Below, piece by piece: positions 62,201-64,000 of a stretch of DNA of 64,000 bases; position 1 is the stretch's first letter, and every line of letters starts with the position of its first letter. The stretch spans positions 26-64,025 of the forward strand of contig JAGOLR010000002.1 in assembly GCA_017993955.1 (NCBI GenBank), given 5' to 3'. Position numbers and translations under genes: made by a program. The notes under the pieces were generated by a model that was given only the letters and a program-made list of their open reading frames with translations, was not told the DNA's origin and ran no database searches. The DNA comes from Candidatus Omnitrophota bacterium (GTDB lineage Bacteria > Omnitrophota > Gorgyraeia > 2-01-FULL-45-10).

Positions 62201-64000
62201 AGGCGGCCCTGTCAGAAGCTTCTGGTATCAGCATATCCGGCTTACCGGCCTTGTCCAGTGACTCTGTCAATTTCAGAAGATGCCTGGTCCACACTATCTG
62301 GTCCTGGAGATTGCCCGACATAAATTGATACAGTTCCGTAAGGAACGCCTGTTCAAGCGGCACCTCATACCAGCCCATATACGCCTTAACGTCACCGGCC
62401 TCTTCTTTTATCCTGTCGATCTCATCTTGTATATCTTTTCTCATTTCCGGATCGGCGGTACGGGCAAGTTTCTGCCTTAAAGCATCTAACCTGTTGCCGA
62501 GCCTGGCTTGTTCGGGAGTGGCCATAGAACGCGCCCGTTCTGTCTTGAACCATGGGTTACGGTCAAAATCTTTCTTATCGGTAAGCCACGGACAACTGGC
62601 CAATTGATCTGAATCATGGTATCCCCATATCCTCTTAACCGCGAGGTTCCTGTCAGCGAGGCTGCTTATAAGCTGATCTACCATCTTGTCATACAGATAT
62701 TCCAGGAAGTTCGGGTTCTTTTCACCGCGCAACGAGGTAAGACATGGGTCGTTCACCAGTACCTTTTGCCCGTTGATGGTCCAGAAATTGCCGCTCTTAT
62801 CTAGATTAGCGGCATTCAATCCCCGTTTTTCAGCGTACTTTATCAATTGAGGTTTATAGACATTCTTAACCATAGCCCTGTAAAGACGGTCTGCCGCTGA
62901 ATTGGCTTTCAAAGCCTGCGGCAATTTAGCCAGATCCGATTGGACTTCTTTTATGGAAGCTGCAAGGACTGAAAGACCTTTGCCTGGCCCATACAGATTA
63001 TCGCCCATATCTATAAGATCGTTCATGGCCGCGGCAAGATTTCCGACATCCTCAGGGAATAATTCGGATATCTTTTGTTTGGCGGATAGTCCATCCTTAG
63101 CCTTTAATATGTCATCCAGAATGCCTGCTCCGCGGTCGGGACCGCCACCCTTACCCTTACCGCCTTTAGCCACCGGCAATGAAGCCTTCTTCTTAGTCTC
63201 CATGTGAGACCTGGCCATCCTGAAGACCTTGAAAATTATGACTAAGCCGATAATGACTGGAATAGCTGACATCACAGTCACGCCTGTCTTCCTGACTCGA
63301 TCACCGAATCCCTCTCTCATCTCCCGAAGTATGGCATATTGCTCATCCGAAATTATCGGTACATTATGTTTCGGGCTCAATATCTGAGCTAATAGACTGT
63401 TAACTATGAACCTGTCATAGAAACCAGGGCTCAAATTTGCCATTGTGCGACCTGTGGTCTGGTCATAAAGCCAGCCGTACTTGTCGTATGTCCATCCGAT
63501 AGCTTGAGGATCTCTCATCTCGGCCCGGAATTTATTATGGTGTATAACCATAAGCTTGCCGTTGTAAAAATGTCTGTTGGGTATGCTGGGAGCAAAAATC
63601 TCTTCCGGATTTTTTTCCATCCATTCTGATATAAAGCCGGCCCGGTCAGCGTCGAATTCAAAGTTCCATACCTCGCCCTGGCGTCTTGCATCATACGCCC
63701 GTACGAATATCTTATACGGTATTCCGTCTCCCAGACTAATACCGAACTCATTTTTCATTTTTACTGAATAGCTAGGTGCCTCGAATATATCGTAGTACTG
63801 GATTATCTCTTTAGGGGCAAATTCCGTAGGCTCGTAGAACTCTGAATGCAATCTGCCGTCAGCTCGCAGAGTAACGCCTTTCAATGCTTTCTCGCGGTCA
63901 TCTATGATCTCGAACTTTACAAATATGCCACCGGAAGCGTCTTTATATAAACTGAGATGATTTGCTCTGGCCACTTTGCTGATCGAAACATAAGTATCGC
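44283..64000 (-). CDS. giant (at least 6563 aa in window) polytopic membrane multidomain protein: several multi-TM blocks, 2H phosphoesterase, 2x HExxH module (shared with genes 1 and 2), 2x TM/HENxHWFLH module, 2x ACT-like, UDP-sugar pyrophosphorylase-like region; 5' end probably outside the window
   Basis: Open frame from the window end to TAA 44285-44283. The first in-window start candidate is GTG 63974-63972 (ORF track), but the frame is open through 64000, there is no SD before the GTG, and there is no N-terminal signal peptide, unlike the other three genes. The HENTH motif was back-translated at 51045-51059. Confidence 0.85.
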   Translation of the reverse strand, partial: DTYVSISKVARANHLSLYKDASGGIFVKFEIIDDREKALKGVTLRADGRLHSEFYEPTEFAPKEIIQYYDIFEAPSYSVKMKNEFGISLGDGIPYKIFVRAYDARRQGEVWNFEFDADRAGFISEWMEKNPEEIFAPSIPNRHFYNGKLMVIHHNKFRAEMRDPQAIGWTYDKYGWLYDQTTGRTMANLSPGFYDRFIVNSLLAQILSPKHNVPIISDEQYAILREMREGFGDRVRKTGVTVMSAIPVIIGLVIIFKVFRMARSHMETKKKASLPVAKGGKGKGGGPDRGAGILDDILKAKDGLSAKQKISELFPEDVGNLAAAMNDLIDMGDNLYGPGKGLSVLAASIKEVQSDLAKLPQALKANSAADRLYRAMVKNVYKPQLIKYAEKRGLNAANLDKSGNFWTINGQKVLVNDPCLTSLRGEKNPNFLEYLYDKMVDQLISSLADRNLAVKRIWGYHDSDQLASCPWLTDKKDFDRNPWFKTERARSMATPEQARLGNRLDALRQKLARTADPEMRKDIQDEIDRIKEEAGDVKAYMGWYEVPLEQAFLTELYQFMSGNLQDQIVWTRHLLKLTESLDKAGKPDMLIPEASDRAACVLYLLGDQYFKVNHKLRKGIENWIWRSYFEEVYLSRMMATKDYEDPFQGYQLTGSIFKKILNNVASLPQNIATEVNALDDNKVVPYKTMRKVFEWSRTKNEPMHGYIMQEIVDRLMLPPAFESMKEAQMPIFTRPTVYISPIRTLKAITFLDGYFISAMSILAIAGSHFLYGYFSSITTVTPVVATLLLLTLKLAQVGFDRLSEGGWDRFIDSLAVAPTGLMDSQIGIFKKMRSQGRPEHAFMAEDEWNKLSEEEQNKAIRSISHFERWGRIIPGFREFVAIAAGIGIAFGANSIGLPVWLSSLTAAGSLLIWQKSILKVREISGKPRHLEHLTFSIPGLLNLSLPIFSWIFALPMLSGMFGLTGLKFALFIGLPVHLLLGLFFIFMLRGSMYSGQVPVILKAIKERHMFDVRYGRLDVNAALDAVKFKLTGKGSEPRGISGSIAGMVSVISGAGLAAFGGLSIAANIYGVGTGAYSAIGAALGSAGLYVLPLAMLTSALLTGYLFWKDARIKDFYHNANFDNYRVDRFQNDEEVASRALSSYKYQIYCLWNEGHIGTAERDKLLQFEHVEISTARGLERLKRILNTFYRKDTPPIFRQWTERPFTVGYNSAYEEEFAKTWEDLTSYVASKQDKSGTKIWDFDQSAYPTELYHLVAESYPDEWRNFVDNMDAKEDVKKLLRVINFSRDTDAAKLESEMSAIGYTKDDFEVIKERIVDWANMRLPGVRRTLEGYKTMYRSFRDLAENSFYNGRYITLKNKYGPEAGGSERKSLAGKVLDILAKSGMPADRIESLKGVITRTGWLPIVILTDAEQGLVLGSTYLDKDEMEFIKFDLYYDNLVKEKFHVYTVVQGAPPGKDPMLSDKFIFDRPENNFYISRLANTGVRGPPGPATKWLNGVVQIPEVAVGVKAAIISNFGRYRHGVSMRLDANMNPRPEETLWLPNNVDELSRPNIMGLSYPLYGADAALSPFADIKASIERSWCMMTQLFMEETGVVGEYGKYMHKEVMEQMYGIAPIIRNAEDLTLTFFGFANGLRIAYNHGMLIGWGKTTTWLADLAPDKKYAADHYEMVQDALGILFAYSSKAPLHWKWTHMFNIAAFWSLKVLVVLTGISFLLFSAILNIDPALAFPFGIVFVGLGLTLALSITLTSIILMNSLYGSPFGFIRFMYAAFFRPGISFGATSEHPHYFDAIIQDTLGGKDVFPATKRMTPSVILTLRFIHEVNKRGAMIGAIMIPLLIVAAPFFPGTAFGTAMLYSMLVTSYLVSGYMFNNKRIFDNLKTRWLGSLAGFATTIGAGGAVYFGLPALRALVHSIFPAADGIMVGLTAVPATYLIALGIIAAMQLLVTLEGLIFPKDRPEPLHKKAISNIAVFVNLLLASMAVSSSTLAPFIMAAPAIVWILVDSNKREMAKAIIKGGLSSIVWSWQSIMKDKIWKPYRFISFAFIPFAGVILYGIWAASLNWTASGFALLLVPFILKGFVTEKYYGWKSREMRKKIDDYLKSAKAAEYRIFTEEQIAEDIGYIKAGQTMSVRERRALRNALTLYTHYPHMKFLRGGYYFDFNMLAENPDGSGFIKRFSFDMDDKTAKKVSSLVISGASDADIVNALGSSAPKDAALKNFLKALKDSKDITQKLTDAEEGAFAGKNVDEISSLIRRTYKTDTDRDNALKEFEKFLRSLVETEAMNVRNSLSLPRDLGFNESVLEHIIRTHPEEWREFIEKLAVQRNPLMTSREMELTDLEKKKFLDINAFLSDPGAVINGTLNDLSRKDLDLPDVTGRQGKLRDEIAAWVNQFIWKQVPAVNKEAIMPLKETYDAKGNFITYDAQVMGLPKSPGEVVPGEEISVRDRLEVSRERVIEEAYSIYSAFPVAPGLMQSAQESMKAELPQSILDKISWNNPETAHVTIVGFKTSARAFSENDIERRKAVADEVLSTRLHSMILKGQGVDIMPNGALYVPMTLGAADITTIEEVYRLCQARMPGETMPYQDYIPHTTIGYLIDELTDNEAEILSNTLGKLRAKDWGECKSDEAVLYYYEGLTDSITVLSKYALPEPGTLPAETAGGAIMISGEQIPDHERFNVEDIKNIILTPGAATTLFSDRVSDMEGDIKLYMDKRELPIMNMLRAKRGELGDDGFDVVILKGGNLHPDVILHPGRGRRQAYINDYYINSLNAIYTSLEDYEDRQTLVEIVLEAFRHEIEHIRTERAQAPPQDESAIDSQAPSYRARALFTLIRRAYLSAGATPASLAAVASRFFRDLDKFSNAIAYYKEFVTAHPKAGKATAQQEVVEYLNKNPEILDAALRLLNQSNMHLIGATAKTIDILRHMQEGKIQEFSMVIPSGSVMLLNVQDRLSDGREINGRMRFDRSELPHKMRIDDQAQEGVVPLEPIDDHIDALRPEIAGRDYIVIPHSNIYFNGHFVMFKDGVIYHADGEFNSRGLSMHPDSSGRLKTREYTSLVAWKTPYGRITIERLLFIKGVKGAKDKVILADSGEDITDKVSVTVYGQQLVKDGRVKTEDETLAMRDEFDDNLHLQFQYQYNILGIGANGELILLTVAGDREKGQGRMPWEMARLIREKGAINAILLSNGGDANIRFNDELVTASAAGRTGTGRSMARTWSTSALVFALPKAGELAPAPEAPVQGGGITLRGEPISPDQNLYYTKYLAFRIKDKANPPTMLFNRRQAIKPLEGDIDIEVDSRNLPLLDAIRQRRSELPFKINPADEQEFDVVIFREASGSTIHPDILLHAGRGRKQAYISDIYIQALNTVYASLKDENLKKAMIDILLEAFRHEAMHIELESAGMPSQPESFINSRAPSARARVLLLQIYMNEINKVSLLAANLDSNQALISTVRTILRLLSSRPEDPSSIVLEYKKQILDKTPDPKTGKMRPILCRTPEDYILLKRAFLELAQEGRLPLRYRTFIGLFRRIQPASKEIYEDSIGSDLRKFSNSSVGMLPVELDIDEGKSDLTGVVLGLRKARQNKQWSHIFVTDAGMKTRNYLLTLLKIFQGRLRVLNKSFMEMQFEAQLAILAQLPGRGKNWKTMGGSDNDIAPSYMTVGGKHISAIPADAKALFFGAPALVLGKDDMSRADNLREIVEDARNLRAQGADESKIRALFESANFGPILERIDDANLTQLGILAADPQTGRLIDFLEKGKIEEIIDTALKTDGTLLINTFQLAFTAREEGKDGENGALDDLEDLFNVPSAVDSPDGKRKLTLLEAYGFGLFDTLGQAMMRRPVDDTGKVDRTKIPATWKKIASDEDLQRVYDLASSYVAKYPIYVVNLGEGYIWNDAGYPWTYLETAQKRAFDPENRKNAGLTPVDENVMESYIDPRTTLEVMYKDGRVVALPGMTNPRDLADRDKVLRFMNNRLKQLKNNGADLFIYRTNIIGKGVVRIGKHTILSNTVIELDKGEVLAFGEDYYVESSEFKYAGSFEGGEGLLVGYFPNRVLNFDEAYTHVSLIDQAGQQVDDIYRLRGNVKDEKALPDGTKVNDLEHRKIADTGKNFDAWQQETNLKAERARDAKLHKIAGLYPIIKEIVGNFKPGTEFDISQIMGHTLLRDDNNTPVISASNKDARFAVYNIVTMLIDRGEISASVKLQDPGLFVVESPAPITSRGQFWTGIAVLALSAYVGIYISLRASSSIPLFLCVYYGVTVSTAFLLITYPKIKRFEQTLADAGEKDKLPISYNPLNGRVDINPMLIDEYNKMARFTRIMIWVHENTHWFLHAVLGINYSDHSYLHEIAANTVMALSPIIAAIAMIIAPVFIVPYTLWKTYRIAAADRIIKSEIRYIVSGENDISKDEARNLLNAVVHAMPQTHKNIVRRHEIAGQKGLSVTERARFREQLNDILDLYKKTKSSEGVSSKVLNPTVTVKDAAGGPVMVPVGHTDIMLVSKITPERPSIIGDVGRILEDKMLGVQSSISTRFGDINITILEVTRNGEVLEEDEVRDLAMEFSIRFESDLGKISRLEDLTPDMAKPVNRYVVEPVIDILGDIDEPSARDVLDQLLSTQSIRAPPFALLSNNYGLRAKLKEAAGTFNERTNTIFLHEDLLSENNRLFVPTLIKLAIEASIPSGVGQDEIDMRVRAAQEKYLEYSYRPEVMGKRINSFVGSRRGDMFSDRSSRQNVDAIIDELNSRETLTMEKEIDVAPLAIVEDFQDNGKAIDALLSGELCLQMPFAGQASRMYDSLKKALKERRDALEAAGVPINEKDFEISPDESRIANIDIWDIALRTGLISEIPPYAQRINVGERAMLALEQGIFNLARTHNLSDDDVNKIFANLKLVVNLSDDIASQIHEMFMSPSKLSGRPFFGLNPENVVFVDGGYGVAYEFNDKGELVPTENPDKQKVTWNHGFAFAELFWIKGPNAYTLKVTEGPAGQPVAEKVGLELPAMKYIYSRGGRTGCIHRINDLILLHPAGALDVQMFGSYLNLRQREGINALFEMMANPTKTKGGLALSRDKKHLTLWEGLAAKHPVLKAVIERLSKKEEQATGGRRGVPYNRLYGYYDIKDTLDALISEEMTLPLSQDRDIPGMVAPEIPTGDLTWLKGMKAYAALRRNDILIREGILPNSTIDLHGNPVPIYDGTGAIIHDFKTYANFDDAHKVAMAQDRDDYLGLIRYARRAAITSKGQLKTAGLTSAAGLMGMGGAYLSGSPLLLVLAGYALLASPVFLFVTYRAIRNLEDVLASKQSRLEAVTPGERAPPVRYNPATNNVEIDPLVSREYESLSGFTKSLISAHENAHWFLHTKLGIEPGRSDLIGQIHEIFANATMVFTLALTSLAALYSYASEIILPSSMRSDRYAFVSIVPASVMLGSLVPTGMWIIPAFLILSPIVIFAVCVINGIPTDVAITSVWGGIKHIVTYMKIGKAIDTLSDGDEDISLFLNTVVNSMPIGHRNIVNDQPERFTKQLTEVVDSYKEVKKTGIPSIKISNPPEVERTDVMLVSEERTGLIASLGEVIRRNGASIVYTPNHTIFNGVSVIIYEINKDGKPLSQEDIDALQRDIIGMTLPPPALQSPVMKKSITGIIWEAVDSELAELRGTHPGLIIDNDVEKTRNAYFRLAAKLKPSYRLMLDVVDDCPYEIRLKMLQILNRISQALNMEGDRAVAEPVRINDELKAIRITFAMDIANLTNFWVGLSTADLKMGPDGKYREFTKEEILRKLQEKARAYMNGMVKYSAEYNDFSRYFYGDGTEQYPGLLNIVRDPERYGDAWAIKVESYPGRRREARCSYNGAQTLAEGNSYFVPYFDKESTDRYLFIARGAGSVFQSFYLTRQLNNRDVNGYMFFISRDTVSESFKGKINMQINRLAGLLEDPDNPDYENIPKNYENLERLMMEYLAGEYAKGGTTANVLDAIYEQAKNAGVLDGLRSGDELCLVDELADGSFLFTAKFIIEKKTAEEGRPIKVRFFVGQARSPDVLAVNDFPSLSVGDLMRDFGLTRERALSIIDSVSETADNVPHSLRAAQVALPILRPEVPIEVESYEVLIGAYMRALLNYNAVVNFQNRVMNQDVLVGIPTGVMTDEEIEDLKAIITSGHPGLDIGFCDIQENSVDALSKVMHARKAKKGVIVDTPYDTAIPNLNTYLASLGRYGQITSIKLPRKPEAGVTEVARLKGGKFVIGVSRGGDRIVVEEAMKDNPIFGQYLRSGMATITVFTEGVEGFNKTIAEDGCNGVFIDKSLFEDESTDMKDLIDNISIDAGEILVSNTTLEELQNILAELKYTLEDIDRYNLDQAYRDQMGPEYGSIIAAKVSPIIMRAKIQMEERKSVIRSTYNGMAMPKVVAQGSVIATTEKVAEQDPFFADNMKKAKDLGVKNVFIYGDKIASLERAKAFVRASGYGDVSDIVFIDKRGRTYQDIVALAADETKAAIANIGIRAAANEIGMPSGDSKFLEVQAYKKDGQPVRMRDRDGTEVLLTMNTYQVLLAIVSKPGASSAEEFGIPGLKIEGNRFIYLPPAEPRDITGDYEAYKTMIELISSAA
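47505..48287 (-). other. TM plus HENAHWFLH module, copy 2 (paralogue of 50715-51377)
   Basis: RYNPATNNVEIDPLVSREYESLSGFTKSLISAHENAHWFLHTKLGI followed by four TM helices. Confidence 0.45.
48435..49757 (-). other. UDP-sugar pyrophosphorylase (UDPGP/UAP1-like) region, tentative
   Basis: LQMPFAGQASRMYDSL compared with the LAGGQGTRLG nucleotide-binding loop; overall size fits the UDPGP family. Weak call. Confidence 0.3.
50715..51377 (-). other. TM hairpin plus HENTHWFLH module, copy 1
   Basis: YNPLNGRVDINPMLIDEYNKMARFTRIMIWVHENTHWFLHAVLGI flanked by TM helices. HENTH was verified at 51045-51059. Confidence 0.45.
53829..54041 (-). other. conserved HExxH module, copy 2 in gene 4
   Basis: DVVIFREASGSTIHPDILLHAGRGRKQAYISDIYIQALNTVYASLKDENLKKAMIDILLEAFRHEAMHIELE. 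The gene 1 homologue reads DVIFHYGVTRNQVYIDEIDLASILSLYNGTALLAQAFRHEIAHIE. Confidence 0.5.
55605..55811 (-). other. conserved HExxH module, copy 1 in gene 4 (family also present in gene 1 at about 3051-3250 and, in divergent form, in gene 2 at about 11370-11477)
   Basis: DVVILKGGNLHPDVILHPGRGRRQAYINDYYINSLNAIYTSLEDYEDRQTLVEIVLEAFRHEIEHIRTE. Confidence 0.5.
56175..56522 (-). other. 2H phosphoesterase (LigT-like) domain in gene 4
   Basis: HxT/Sx pair: ETAHVTIVGF and IPHTTIGYL. Confidence 0.45.
57750..59777 (-). other. large polytopic membrane-embedded module of gene 4 (at least 12 predicted TM helices; function unassigned)
   Basis: Hydrophobic stretches such as VLVVLTGISFLLFSAILNI, FGIVFVGLGLTLALSITLTSIILM, AMIGAIMIPLLIVAAPFF, IMVGLTAVPATYLIALGIIAAMQLLV and FISFAFIPFAGVILYGIWAASL. 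No diagnostic glycosyltransferase motif was found. Confidence 0.4.

Noticed and set aside
1-64000. Possibility that the giant genes are NRPS/PKS megasynthases or RTX/Ig-repeat adhesins, the usual classes of bacterial giant genes.
   Set aside because: There are no condensation (HHxxxDG), adenylation, thiolation (GGHS) or ketosynthase signatures, and no long tandem Ig/cadherin/RTX nonapeptide arrays. Only one Ig-like domain was seen, and the recognisable content is free-standing metabolic enzyme domains.

Overview
The window is almost entirely coding on the minus strand. It holds four co-directional giant genes in tandem. Gene 1 (1..5603) is at least 1867 codons and its 3' end runs off the window start. 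Gene 2 (5952..22859) is 5635 aa. Gene 3 (23110..42948) is 6612 aa. Gene 4 (44283..64000) is at least 6563 codons, and its 5' end probably lies beyond the window end. Three of the four start with a signal-peptide-like N-terminus, and two have good Shine-Dalgarno sequences. These giant genes are not NRPS/PKS genes and not repetitive adhesin genes. They are concatenations of recognisable single-enzyme domains, mostly from gluconeogenesis, glycogen and sugar-nucleotide metabolism, interleaved with transmembrane hairpins, HEAT/TPR scaffolds and recurring HExxH modules of unknown function. Domains whose hallmark motifs I read directly in frame (several re-derived codon by codon) include glycogen synthase GT5, alpha-glucan phosphorylase GT35, GHMP kinase, PEP-utilising enzyme, phosphohexomutase, ribulose-phosphate 3-epimerase, CofD/YvcK, class III FBPase-like metallophosphatase, a clan GH-A glycosidase, 2H phosphoesterases and a UDP-sugar pyrophosphorylase-like region. 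Gene 3 is punctuated by at least nine internal signal-peptide-like segments with AxA motifs; four of them share a 17-nt nucleotide core. The short intergenic gaps carry a family of about 90-bp nested-palindromic repeat elements, seven copies in all. One copy is inserted in frame inside gene 3, and several flank a small GIY-YIG nuclease gene (43135..43428) wedged between genes 3 and 4. I also see a rho-independent terminator after gene 4, a conserved promoter-like element upstream of genes 1 and 2, a 21-bp-spaced direct repeat upstream of gene 3, a 51-nt near-identical intragenic repeat, and a heptanucleotide tandem repeat near the 5' end of gene 2. I found no rRNA, tRNA or CRISPR. All listed plus-strand ORFs are antisense shadows of the giant genes. 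Domain calls rest on motif recognition by eye, with no database search. The source organism is unknown; the architecture resembles giant-gene arrays reported from uncultivated lineages, which is inference only.
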